Positions 23,649 to 35,371 of a stretch of DNA of 64,000 nt are shown piece by piece. The notes beneath the pieces were generated by a model. That model did no database searches. It was not told the origin of the DNA and saw nothing but the letters and a program-made list of their open reading frames with translations. The number at the start of each line of letters is the position of its first letter. Position 1 is the first letter of the stretch. The stretch is from assembly GCA_010015805.1 (NCBI GenBank), contig ML978137.1, forward strand, positions 310,001 to 374,000. The letters run 5' to 3'. Position numbers and translations under genes: made by a program. This DNA comes from Rhizodiscina lignyota. Taxonomy: Eukaryota.

Positions 23649-24729
23649 CTTGAGGAACGCTTTGAGAACTGTTCACAAGTCCACAGAAATTTTGAGGACA
23701 GAAACAAACGCAGAAAGTCAGACCGGAGAATGATAAGAAGGAATTCCTAGGACCCATGACTTATAACTCGTACGACATTCTGCCTGCAAAGCGGTATACT
23801 TACCGGCGAGCGGCTGTCTTTGGCATTCAATTGCCGATCAGTTCAAGGTCCATGATGTGGAGTAAGTCGTTCGGGAGTGATCCTCCAGCGTGGCATCAAT
23901 CTGGGGAATATCTGGGGACCAATTGCGGGTTGCTGTGAGGCTGGACAGGAAGCTTCACGCGCCATCTCATGCATTTACATTAGCCTAAGCACGGAGAAAT
24001 AAGCCTCTATACAGATGAGCAGTGAGGGAGTGGAACAAGGAGGCAGGAAAGGTACGTCCGCGGGCTTGGCAACCGGATAAATTGGCATTTGGATGCCCGG
24101 GGAGATCTCCTGTGGCGTGATGCTTGAGTAGCGGCGGAAGTGTGGACCCTTGTGGCTGTGCGCTAATCGAACTTCATCATTCCTCTATCCTTCCACCTAT
24201 GATCGATAACAGCATGAAGCAGATCCTATCCTGACGGTGATGAAGGGAAAGCTGCATTTGGTGAAGGCCAAAAGTGTAGATATGGACACTTACTACGGTA
24301 GAGAACTCCCTACTCCGTACGATATCTAGAAGACACATGAGAGAGAACGCCAGAGAGAAGCTTGAGCGGAGCGCTGATTTACGACTACTGGTGTTCATTT
24401 TGATCGTGGACCTAGTGTATAAACATACGCATCCGAAACGTATGTACTTTTGCAAGACTTCAAAGCCACCGAAGGCATCTGCCAACGATGAGTCTTGATA
24501 CGCCTTCGGGCGTATACGAGAAGCATGAAAGGAAAAGAGTATGAGAAATTGAATCGATCACCGCATCATCCACTTCGAAATGCTCATCATCCACTGTGAA
24601 ATCTCCGCAACAAAAATCCAAAATCCAGAACAACCAGGTCGAATAGTGGTGAGCAACTTCGGAAGTTGCTTGTCGAAGTTTGAAGGCCTGCACAGAACGA
24701 GCACCTTATCAGGCGAAGCAAGGTGGTGT

Positions 24730-26545
24730 TTACCAGGCGCTGTTGGATGTCGTAGCCGGATTGTCCCAGCCGCTGCCGTTGCTAGCAGCCGGAGCATCGT
24801 CCCAGCCAGAGTTCGGTGCGATGGAGTCCTTGCGGTCCGTTGGCTTGTCCTCCCAGTTGCCAGAAGCACCAGCATCACCAAAGTTGTCTCCATCTTCTTT
24901 CGGAGCAGCCTTGCAACGGGCGACAGTATGGCCCATTTCGCCGCAGTTGTTGCACTTAACACGGCTGTAGTCTCTGGGCTTCGGGCACTCCTTCGCCATA
25001 TGGCCCGTCTCATCGCAATTGCGGCAGACAGTATTTGCCGGGTTACGCGGCTGATCACACTCCTTGGACATGTGACCTTCCTGACCACAGTTGTGGCAGG
25101 TCACGATGCGAGGGTTGGGGCAGTCCTTGGCAAAGTGGCCCTCTTCATTGCAGTTGCGGCAAGCACCACCTCCTCCACCGCCTTGGTTGTTTGGACAGTC
25201 GCGAGAGAAATGGCCAGCTAACACAGCAGTTAGTCATTTGTACTTGAATCGGCATGATGCTGGTTGAACTTACTCTCACCACACTTCCTACACTCAACAC
25301 CTTCGGCAGACTTGGGCTCCGTGCAGTCCGCAGCCTTGTGGCCAGACTTGCCACAGTTCTTGCAAGCAAACATGTCGACACGCTCCTTCGTGCACTGTCG
25401 AGTACGATGGCCAGTCTCGCCACACACGAGGCACTTGCGCTGCTCACGAACTTCACGAGGCTCCTCCTTGCAGTACTTTCGGGTATGACCAAGCGCCTCA
25501 CAGTTGTTGCACCTAGGGACACCACGGTCCATAAGAAGACCACAATCGTTCAGACGCTCGAGATTCTCGGCGGGATCCTCCGCAGCTACCTCGCGGAAGA
25601 TACCGCGACGCGGCTTCTGGGCGAACGTAATGTCGAGCACGTAGGTCTTGTCGGCATTGCCCATGAAGTCGACGGCGGTGAACTCGGGAGGAGCATCCAT
25701 CTGCTGCTTGGCCACGAGATGCGCATTCCAGTTCAGCTCACGGAAAGTTGTCTCGATCTCAGCGAGAGCGATGCCAGTAGCCTCAGGACCGACGCACAGC
25801 GCACGTGCATACACCATGAAGTTCTGTAACGATTGTTAGAATTGTATCAGGGTTGCTTGGGGAATCGGCACATACCTTGCGGAAAGCTTCCATGTCCTTC
25901 TCCTTGTCGGCTTCCTTCATGCTCTCCCAGGCCTTCTCGGCTTCCCCCTCATCAATGCCCTTGAACAGGTCTCGCTTCTCCTTGCAGTCAATAGCCTTGT
26001 GGCCCTTGTTTCCACACAGCTTGCAGATGCGATTAGGGCACTCCGAGACCGGATGGCCTTGCTCATGGCACTCATGGCACTCGCCAGTGAAGGGGCGCTG
26101 GACACGAGGATTTGGGCAGTCTGCCTTGTTGTGTCTGTGGTAGGACTTAGCAGGGGTCGTCAGTGGCAGTGGAAGGATATACTCACCCAACTTCACCGCA
26201 GTTGAAGCACTCGCCAGTCATCTTCTTTGGCTCGGGACATTCGCGCGAGAAGTGACCGTCCTGACCGCAACTGCAACATGTTAATGTTCACATCAGAAGA
26301 GACTGTCATGCAAAACATACTTGCGACAAGCGTTATCGCCTCCTCCAGTCTCGCCAGAGCCACCGCCGAAGCCATCACCACCGTCTCCGCCGCCGGTGTT
26401 GTCGGCGGCCCAGCTATCGTCGCCAGCAGGCGTGGAGTCGGTGGTGCCAGTGGCCCAGGGGTCAGGTCCGCCTGCGTTGTTGTTAGATCTTGGCTTCATG
26501 TGTTGGAGTGATAACACGTCACTTACTAGGCGCGTCCCAAGACAT
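24730..26545 (-). CDS. Multi zinc-knuckle (about 12 x CX2CX4HX4C) nucleic-acid-binding protein, CnjB-like
   Basis: ATG 26545 with a 19-nt first coding exon (MSWDAP|GTAAGT) and Gly-rich N-terminus. Four knuckles, a central helical domain, then eight knuckles (e.g. CRNCNEEGHFAKDC, CHNCGQEGHMSKEC). Trp-containing tail. A 5'-UTR donor lies near 26743. Confidence 0.9.
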
Positions 26546-27144
26546 GGTTGCAGGATAAGATCGTTGGCGAGATCTGATGCAGGTCAGTAACATGCGCGAG
26601 GCAGAGCAAATTTCGCGACATGAGCTGTGAAGAAACAAAGAGCTGTGGTGGCAAGAGGGGATGGTTGCACGGAGGAGAGATTGAAATTTGCTGTGTGTGA
26701 CACGCTTGGGTGAAGCGCGTTTGTTGTGAAGCGATTCACTTACCTTGAAATGAAGCGAAAAGTGAGAGTCGAGCGAGAGACAGAAGCTCTGCTCGCAGGG
26801 AATGAGGCGCACTTGCTTTACAGAGTGTTGAGGGAAAGCGCGGCCTGAAGAGAAAGCAAGTGGGCAGCAAGAGGGAGGTGTTGTGGTGAGAAAGGTGGAG
26901 GGTGTGGGCGAGGAAAATAAGAGAGGAAGGCGGCAGGCTTGGCAACACCAGGCGCGAGGAAATGGCCTCGAGGAAAGAGCGTGGTCGTGCTTTCCTTCCA
27001 CAGACGCGCTGCTCTTCGCTGCTCTTCTACGTCGCTCCAGCGGCTTGGGAGAGATTGAGTACCGGCTTCGGAGCAGATGTCAACATGACAACGGAAGAAT
27101 GGAAACCTCAAGAGAGTCCAGGCATCGGGGTTGATATCTCAAGT

Positions 27145-27905
27145 CTATGAACCCGGTCTCTTTCCCATAACGAGGAGGAAGGGGAATTCCATCGTCCCTC
27201 CGCCATAGCTTTCATCCAGCTTCTTTTGACACGAAAAAGCTCTTGCAACGTTGATGTCTGCATATCCAATCTCCTTCATCACCTTCTCCGCCTCCTCCTT
27301 CTTGACGCCATGTCGACACACATCATCCCACTTAAACTTGGCATGGAACTTGCTCGCCTCTGGCCCAAAGTCCTCGTAGTCCGTCAGCGCGATCATGCCG
27401 CCTGGCTTCAGCAAATCGCCCATGAGTGAAAAGATTCCTTCCAATTCCGGGATGTGGTGGAGCGTCAGATGGCACAGGATCACATCAAACCGCTTTGGCT
27501 GGCCACCTGCGTCCGCACTTTGCAGGATGGGGTCGTCCGGAGTCTCGAGTAACGTGCAGATAGGCGTGATGTTCTTGATCGTCTCATGCGCGGCCAGCTT
27601 CGCCCATAGTGCGTCTATCATGCCAGATGATGTATCGACGGCATAGATATTGCGGACGTAAGGCGCGATGAGGAACGAGAGAACGCCAGTACCGCATCCA
27701 ATCTCCAGCACGTCCACCGTTGCTGTGACTCCATAAGTATTCTATTCATGACTTTGGACAATGATTCTTCTATACTCTTCGCGTCATCTCTAGACAGCTG
27801 CGGGACATGTTTCAACAACGCCTCTTGCGCTTGCTTGGCACATGAATGGATAAAGGGGTTGCTATCCCACTTCGCCGCCTCTTTATCGAATCGTTCTATC
27901 GCCAT
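27145..27905 (-). CDS. Class I SAM-dependent methyltransferase
   Basis: MAIERFDKEAAKWDSNP; intron ~27774-27723; motif I VLEIGCGTG, AVDTSSGMI, FDVILCHLTLHHI, LLKPGGMIALTD. Confidence 0.9.
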
Positions 27906-28247
27906 CTTGGATCTTTCCTGATTAGAGCATCAGACATTGTTCTCATGGTTCCCGTGAGAAATTCATATGCTTTCTGTCATCCTCCCGAGGTCGGCGACGT
28001 CGGCCATCTCGCGGGGGCTGAGATTCCGCCCCTGTCCAAGCATCACGTGATAGATCTAGATGCATTTGACACGACGAAGGTTGTGGTGAAGTTGATAAAG
28101 GATTGAGGCATTCCTGTATCCCGCTTGAACGCTTTCCATTCGGAATATATAATACATAAGAAAATCGCCAAGCAAATAACGACGTACCACCAGGATTCTG
28201 CGCTCTCAGCCCCAAATTCCACATTTCGTGACGAACATCAACTCAAT

Positions 28248-29141
28248 TTAGAGCACAAGTCTTCCAGGCTCCATCTCCAGAATTGTCTTCATCCTCTCCA
28301 GAAACACGCTTACCCTCTTCTCCTCCCCCTTGCCAGCCGTCACACTGAACACATTCTGCGCAGCCGCGACTCCGGAAGCCCCTGGAATTGTGCCAATGGT
28401 TTTGAATTGCGGAGCTTTTGTGCTCTTCGGAGCAAGTATGTCAATGATATCTGGCTTTTTAGGTGGAAGCATTCTCAGGCCAGCGTCCGGTGCAGGAGGG
28501 AGCGCAACGATCTGTGGCACATAGCTACCCCTTGAAAATGCTTTCTGTGGGACGTCGTGGCCCAGGACAGCGTGGAAGAGTTCGTCAGCTGTAGGCTTTG
28601 CCTTCGCGCTCGGTAGGTCGTCGTTTGCCATCTCAATGGCGCGGGCGATGAAAGTAGAAAGCGGGAGGGAGATACCGAGGGTATCTTGGATGCGCTTCTG
28701 GCATGCGAGGGCTGCAGCTAGTGATATCGGCACTGCAACCTCTGTTTCTGCAGGTTCTTCTGGCAGTAACGTTGGAGGTGCAGCAGCGGCATCAGCAGGC
28801 TTCTTCGGCGCGGCCAGCTTGATGTTGCTCAGGTCGAGGTGACTGAGTTTATCAAGGCGCTTCGACTGTTCCAAGGGATAGGACTTGTCTATCTGCCCAA
28901 GATATGCTAGGACATCACCCTTCAGCAGACGGCCGTTGGGACCGCTTGCAGGAATTTTGTTCGCTTCATCTTCGGAGATGTTGTTCTCGTGGAGGAGATG
29001 CTGAACTGAGGGATAGAGAGGATAGCTTTGTGCTTCGGCGAAAGAAGGTGTAGATGTGAAGCTTCGGAAGCTGCCATTGTGTCGAATTGAGCGAGATGCG
29101 ATTCGAGCGCACTGCCGGCAGAGAGGGGATGATGATGCCAT
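28248..29141 (-). CDS. PDX1: Pyruvate dehydrogenase protein X (E3-binding protein)-like, lacking a lipoyl domain
   Basis: ATG 29141 and an Arg/Ser-rich mitochondrial presequence. Peripheral-subunit-binding domain LYPSVQHLLHEN...IPASGPNGRLLKGDVLAYL. C-terminal core-binding region (LSTFIARAIEMANDDLP...FLERMKTILEMEPGRLVL). Single exon. Confidence 0.8.
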   Translation of the reverse strand: MASSSPLCRQCARIASRSIRHNGSFRSFTSTPSFAEAQSYPLYPSVQHLLHENNISEDEANKIPASGPNGRLLKGDVLAYLGQIDKSYPLEQSKRLDKLSHLDLSNIKLAAPKKPADAAAAPPTLLPEEPAETEVAVPISLAAALACQKRIQDTLGISLPLSTFIARAIEMANDDLPSAKAKPTADELFHAVLGHDVPQKAFSRGSYVPQIVALPPAPDAGLRMLPPKKPDIIDILAPKSTKAPQFKTIGTIPGASGVAAAQNVFSVTAGKGEEKRVSVFLERMKTILEMEPGRLVL

Positions 29142-29455
29142 TAGGGACGAGATTGACGAGACCGACGGCTCCCAAAGGAGAATTCTAGACTCGGGAGAAG
29201 GGGACACCGACAGAAACACGGTATCAGGAAATCAATTGACGGTAGTAACTGTCTCGCAAGAAAATCGAGTGGGCTACAATAATATGGAGAGGGTGGAGGG
29301 TGCGGAAAAAAAGACGAAGATTGTTGAGCGTCGGAGTTCTCAAAGCTCGGCGTCGGAGGAGCTTGGGCCACATCGAAGCGCGACTTCGCGTGATAGATTT
29401 AGAATCGCGAAACTTTTGCGGATCTCGAGAGCAGCATGGCAACAATCGAGCTGCG

Positions 29456-30527
29456 ATGAGGCACTTTTGGCACGGTACAGTGCTTAACCTGGCTGTACAA
29501 TGCCGCCCGCTCCCCCCTACTTCTCGTTCGTACGTTAATGCATATCTGCGACAATGTCCGACATTACTTCCCCGACGAGGATTATCCCATATTCGCAATT
29601 TTTCGGCCAGCAGATGCCTCAGCCTCCCCAAAAACCTAGCAGCTAGCAGGAAAGGGCAAGAAAAAGCCAGGAGAGCTGTTGGAAAGCTTTCAAAGACACA
29701 GCCCGAGAGACCCATCCAACCTCCACGACCGCACATAAGTCATGCCACGTCGAATACCTCCGTTTACGCGAATCTCGCCAAACGCTTCGGTTCCAGAGCA
29801 CTGCTCTATGATGCTCCATCACATAGGGTGTTCTATACAATGGCATACGGCATCGTTGCACCCATGACCTTCGGCATGGCTGCAATATGCGTATTTCAAT
29901 GGTGGTTTCCTGCTGAAGGAATATCACACTGGGTCACAAGATTCAATGTTGTCATTGCAGTCTTCTTGGGCCTGTTGGGGGTGCGCGCTGTTATCGCCCC
30001 TAGGAATCTTATAAAGGAGATTTGGCTGTTGTTGCCGCCAAAGGCTGGGCAAAGGATGGTGCAGCCGGAGATCAGAATTGTAGGCAAAGGCTGGCCATTC
30101 CCGTTCATGAGAGGGAAAGAGGTCGTTGCACCGCTAAGCGATGTAACAATAACGAGGCATTACGGAGCTTTGGGCGACCTCGAAGGCCGACGTCTACATA
30201 ACCATGGCATCACGCAGGCAATGGTGCGGAAGACAGCATATGACAAAGCAGCTTGGGAAGAGGAAGTCCCTTGGTTTGCACGTCCTTTTGTCAATTTTGG
30301 CCGAAATTTCGGAAGAGCATTTAGAGACTTTCAGAACATATTCTTTTGGGGTCAGGCCCAGGCGCTCAACAACTCTTTCGTGGTAGTCAGGGGCAAGCAA
30401 TACTGGAAACTGGATGGGAGAGGTCTCATGTTAGACGAAGGAAACGGTAAGTCAATAATATGCTCAATATCGTTACTCACGAATCTAACTTTAGATAGCC
30501 ATGGACAGTCTCATCAAGCAGGATTGA
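29456..30527 (+). CDS. Probable mitochondrial inner-membrane protein with two TM helices (possibly TMEM223/Mrx15-like)
   Basis: Presequence-like N-terminus (RRGLSHIRNFSASRCL) and two hydrophobic segments. Terminal intron 30447-30498 leads to AMDSLIKQD-TGA. Divergent from the protein X gene. Start codon uncertain. Confidence 0.7.
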
Positions 30528-30970
30528 TGCATGTATGGCACTCCAAACTTCTTCGCTGTAGCCCTAATGGTCGCAAATATCCATCATCGATGCTACTCAA
30601 CTATAAGATTTTCTACTGCCCTGAACTACAGTGCGCTCTATGATCGGGCGACGATATCGAGTTGAATGACTACATGTTCGAAATAAGGCGCTCGCGAATG
30701 GCTGCAATCCTCCCGGACCGTTGAAAGATTCATGCAGGAGTGACCGAAGGGCCACAATGTGTTCACGTTAGGTTTGGTACAGTACGTCAGTTGGTTCAAC
30801 GTTGATTTTGTTCAAACTATAATTTCACTTCTCTATGAATTCTTCTATCCTCTTGCTTGAGTTTCGTTTTCGCGAAACAGCTCCCATCTTACCATACCAT
30901 TAAAGCAAGACATCACACATCAAAACTCCACATCAAATCCACGGCAGCTTATCGCAACTTCTACAACGCA

Positions 30971-31306
30971 ATGCCTCAGCAAGAAACAACGCCGGAAGAA
31001 GACGACTGCTATTTTCCAGATTACTCGGTGGGCCAGCTGACGACGAAGCCGAAATCTGAACCAAAGATAGAACCGATGAACAAGCCGGTGGAGAGGCCGA
31101 CACGCCCGCCGACACAAGAGCAATCCCCCACCCCTAAATCGACGCCATTCAGCAGCACAGCATCACTGGGTAGATACCATCCTCTCAATTACCAGAGCAA
31201 AGAGTCACTAGAGAAGGAGCGCAGCCAGCTGAAGAAAGTGTTCTTCATTGCGGCCGACGAAGATATCGAGGAGGATGGCGGACCAAGTTGGCGCCGTTCT
31301 GGTTGA
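30971..31306 (+). CDS. Small Pro/Thr-rich hypothetical protein (111 aa)
   Basis: ATG 30971 in GCAATG context; protein-like composition with an LGRYHPLNYQS segment; no family recognised. Confidence 0.4.
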   Translation: MPQQETTPEEDDCYFPDYSVGQLTTKPKSEPKIEPMNKPVERPTRPPTQEQSPTPKSTPFSSTASLGRYHPLNYQSKESLEKERSQLKKVFFIAADEDIEEDGGPSWRRSG

Positions 31307-31319
31307 ATATGGTGCATCG

Positions 31320-32120
31320 CGTAATATATTGAGTACCTTTATTCGTAGAGTTCATACTCTACGAATGGTTTCGCTAAATACCCTCTTCTTTCAAGGGATG
31401 CAGCGAACCCTAATAATGCGCAACTTCGTTGATCACGCTCCGAGGTATATTGCGTTCAACTTCCACAGATGCTCTGGCCGGCCTTGAAGGGCGACACCGG
31501 GTTCCTGCGAGGCCTTACAACCCTTCGCAACACCGGATACTTTGTCGCGCTCTATACCATCTAGTCGATGATCTCGGCCTTGACGGCCAAGAAGTAATTG
31601 ATGATCATTGTGACGGGGACTGCAAGCCGGCGCAGTCTCTATAATAAATATAATCAATGTTCATCGAATTCGTGGATTCTTCGTAAATAGTGTTTCCAGG
31701 CGATCCATATATCTTCAGAGATGCTATCGCTTGTGATAACATCTTACCTGTGGCGCTCCGTACACACTATACAAAGTCTCCTTACCTTACACCGCCTTAT
31801 CAACGCGTAGAATAAAAGCCAAACCTCTCGTTATAACTTACTATAAGTATTTCGTAGCCTAACCCTTATGCGTGAACCTAGGTTTTCCCCCTCTTTTAAG
31901 CAGTTTCAAAAATAAATGGTGGCGAGTTAAGACATGCGTATCTAGTTTTACCTACTCCGTAGTAAACCAAAGGTAGCGAGAGGCCAGGTACTGGGCGAAA
32001 TGTACGCCTTTCCAAATTGGGATTCTCTGGTACAGTACCGGGAGTGCTAGAACAGGTTTAGCGCTGCCTGGGAACGCCTGTGTACCTAGCAGTGATGAGC
32101 GCTAAGCCTATCTAAGCCAC
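31320..32120 (-). mobile_element. Possible degraded (RIP-like) transposon or gene relic
   Basis: Locally AT- and TpA-rich by eye. A stop-interrupted minus frame reads RLCIVCTERHR*DVITSDSISEDIWIAWKHYLRRIHEFDEH*... No terminal repeats identified. Confidence 0.3.
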
Positions 32121-32156
32121 TCTGCCAAATTTTCACTCTGGAAAAAGCCTTGACTC

Positions 32157-33185
32157 TCACCAAATCTTAAGAGCTTTCAACCAATCGCCAATTACTTGCA
32201 CTGTCTCCTCCGGGGCTTCTTCAGGAACGAAATGTCCAATTCCCTCGGCGGCACAGTGAACGCTTAGCGATTTCTCGTCCATGATCCACTCCCCCCATAC
32301 TTTCTTAACATCAAAAGTCTTCGCAATATACTGGGATCCGTGTAAGACCATGAAAGGGACTTCAATCTTCTTTCCAGCGGCCTGATCGGCATCCTGCATC
32401 TCTATATCGACGTTGCTAGCGGCTTCGTAATCTGCGCAGGACGCCTGAACCACGCTGGGATTGTCGAACGCGGCGCCATACACCTTCATAGCGTCTCCGG
32501 ATGCCAGATTGGTAGCAGACTTGGAGCCCTGGCCGGCTATTGAACGCAGACCCTGTTGAAAGATGTACTTGGAGCCACCAATTGTGTTGATTATTTCAGG
32601 AGCAAATGGCTTCGCGAGGAATGGCCAGTGCCAATAGATAACCGACGACCTGGGGTCTGCGAAGGCGGCCCATTGGACTTTGGTAGGCACAATGTCGATG
32701 ACACTTGTAGCAAGCAAGTCAAATCCGAGGTTGGAGACGTCAGATTTGGAAACGGCGAGTCTGTGGGAGACGCGGCCGCCGCGGTCATGACCAATGAGCA
32801 CAATCGGCGTCGTCGATGATGATTTTGTAAGTGTTTTGAGACCAGAGAGAATTGCGAGGCCAACAGTGAGCTTGTCATGCTTCTGTAGAGGCTCACTCTG
32901 GCCGTAGCCCGGGAGATCTGGGATAAAGAGCGGAGCACTAGGTGGAAGCAATGGAACCGTGAGACGCCACCTGCAAGTGCATCAGACTACCTGAGATTGA
33001 TGTATACGATCATAGAGTACCGAAGCTTACATATACGAAGTTTGGGGATAGCCTTGGATAAGGACAAGAATGGGATTATTTGCTGACGCTTGGTCGAGGT
33101 TGCGCGCGTAGCAGCATAACGACGGTGAGCCAACCGTATGCTTGGTTAATCCCAAGTCTGAAAACCCTTTGTCTTGGATGTCCAT
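32157..33185 (-). CDS. Alpha/beta hydrolase, haloacetate (fluoroacetate) dehalogenase / epoxide hydrolase family
   Basis: ATG 33185; LVLIQGYPQTSYM|WR across intron ~33030-32971; PDLPGYGQS, GHDRGGRV, YWHWPF, CADYEAA, GHFVPEEAP. Confidence 0.88.
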
Positions 33186-33772
33186 TGTTGAGAGTGTTGA
33201 GAGTGTTGAAATATAAGGTTAATGAAATACGAAGTAGTCTGGTTCAGGTTGCACACTTTATGACATTCAAGGGAAATTGTGAAAATGACTCAATCTTAGA
33301 CTTGGAATGCGAAGTTCAAGCAATGGCACTAATTGTTGATTACTTTGCAGACACGCCCTTCGGAGAGTTGGTAATGGGAGATCCCTCGGAATAGGATTTT
33401 CACGGTTGCATTCGCGGAAGAGGGGCAGCTGAGCTCTGATGTGTCTCGCGTCATCACGTATTTTCTTGGGGCTAAACGTTTTACCAGTGGCACGATGATG
33501 ATGCTGCAAACTCTTTTTCGTTGCAAGATTCCACAGTACACTAGCTACGAGTGAATTTGTTATGAGTTCCGTCTGTAGTCCTCCGGGATAGACTGTCCAA
33601 GAGTGTGCAAAATCCGTAACACGCAAAGCAGGGCTGATTTCTTCCACCGCAGTTCGAGTCGACTCATTTGCGGATCCTCGCACAAAATGCAGCCATTTGA
33701 GCGAAGGCAGAAGCAACAAAAGAAACAGGAACCCCTTCCACGTCTTTGCCCTTCGATAACGTCGATGTCACA

Positions 33773-35041
33773 TCATCGTGTTGAAGGTGCCGATGCCTTC
33801 TGCCAAATTTGTGTTTGCCATTCCTTGAACTTCGCCCATGCTCGCTTCACCAGCACACGGTCAATCGACGTGTCCTCTATTTCGAAGTGAATCTTGTCCG
33901 ACACCTCCGCGTTTCCTGTCCAGAAAGTACTAGTAAACCAGACAGCCAGGCGCTGTTGGAAGTCTTCAGGCTCTAGTATGGTCTTTCTATCGTAGATCTT
34001 GCGAACTCCGCGTGTGACGATGAGCTGCGAATCGGTATCTGACTCATCCTCTTCCTCTTCCTCGTCCTCGGACTCTGACTTTTCTCGCTCCCACGGGTAC
34101 GTAACCTGAGGATGTTTGGGCAACACAATCGTCAGTGTCTTCAGGTTGGGGAAGACTTGTAGCATCTGAGGAAAGCCTTCGGCGCAGAATTTCGGCCACG
34201 TATTGCGAGTGGTTCGCAAATCAGTCCATGTGAATTGAAACCGCAAGTTCTTGACCATTGGAGCATAAAGTCCTGATAGCGAGGCGATGGAAACACTTTG
34301 GAGGGGTTTGAAACAGCCGCTTGACTGAGAAAACTCAAAGACGTGGCCGTAAAAGATCTGGGCAGCTTCAAAGTGGACCTGGCGGCATACGGACAAGAGA
34401 TCGATGAACGAGTGATCAACGCCATGGCCTCGCAATTTTTGACGGGTGGTGTAGTCATTCGGCCCTCCAGAGCGGTCCCACATCTCCATATCTGATAACG
34501 TCGATAGCTCGTCACCATCATGTCCGCATCGAACGTTTCGCATTGATGGGGGTACGTAAGTCTCGAAGCGGAAATTCGGCAGCACCATTGGACCCAGGCC
34601 GATGATCGCATCCTGGTGTTGATCTCGAACACAGATGACGCCCGCAATCTGGAAGCAGTTCTCGTAAACCATGTCACGGAGCTCTTGAGGAAGGTCGAGG
34701 AACGACGTCGCATTTTTCCGCTGTTCACCTTTGTGGGACTCGAATGGCTCCAATGTAACAACATTTGGCAACGGTGAGTAAGGTATCTGGTGATCTGAGG
34801 CTGCCGATTCAACTGGTTGGGGCTTGATTGCGTCCGCGGGAGGGTAACTTTGATTCGGTAAGCCATTTCGAAATACATACGGCCCTGCCGCGTTCGTGAC
34901 CCGCAACACGGCAAAGTGCAGATCGGTCACAAACTTGACTGTATTCTCGAAAATGCCCATAGGCTTCAAGTCAAAGTCTGGTGGAAAGAAAAAGATTCTA
35001 CCATCAGTGCCCCAGTCGTTGCCTGGAGTGCACGCGGCCAT
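33773..35041 (-). CDS. Hypothetical protein with an F-box-like motif
   Basis: 422-codon ORF; SFLDLPQELRDMVYENCF and LLSVCRQVHFEAAQIFYG motifs typical of fungal F-box-like orphan families; acidic tract. Confidence 0.75.
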   Translation of the reverse strand: MAACTPGNDWGTDGRIFFFPPDFDLKPMGIFENTVKFVTDLHFAVLRVTNAAGPYVFRNGLPNQSYPPADAIKPQPVESAASDHQIPYSPLPNVVTLEPFESHKGEQRKNATSFLDLPQELRDMVYENCFQIAGVICVRDQHQDAIIGLGPMVLPNFRFETYVPPSMRNVRCGHDGDELSTLSDMEMWDRSGGPNDYTTRQKLRGHGVDHSFIDLLSVCRQVHFEAAQIFYGHVFEFSQSSGCFKPLQSVSIASLSGLYAPMVKNLRFQFTWTDLRTTRNTWPKFCAEGFPQMLQVFPNLKTLTIVLPKHPQVTYPWEREKSESEDEEEEEDESDTDSQLIVTRGVRKIYDRKTILEPEDFQQRLAVWFTSTFWTGNAEVSDKIHFEIEDTSIDRVLVKRAWAKFKEWQTQIWQKASAPSTR

Positions 35042-35371
35042 CTTGACGAGTTTAGACTTAAAGGCCGAAGGCCGACGAAAGGGAGGGAAAGAAAGTAAAG
35101 GGAAGAAAGTGAGGTTTGAATAGAGGAGAGAGAGTTTATAAGTGTGTTTCGCGTGTTGTTGAAGTTGAGGTTCGCGGCTTTCTCCGCGGTGGATCTAAAA
35201 CAGAAGGCACGATACAAGGCTGGTCCCGCACTGCACACCCGCTTAAGGCAGCAATGCAGTGGCATTCATAGAAACAAGGAGAAATACATGGTCGCTGCCG
35301 AAATTCAAAATGAACGCTATTATCTAGTCCAAGGGTATGAAGGCGCACGCACGCAAGTGCATATACAGGCC

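Noticed and set aside
28005..28065. TPP-riboswitch-like GCGGGGGCTGAGA
   Set aside because: The downstream conserved TGATC...TAAT...GCG core is absent and no thiamine gene is nearby.
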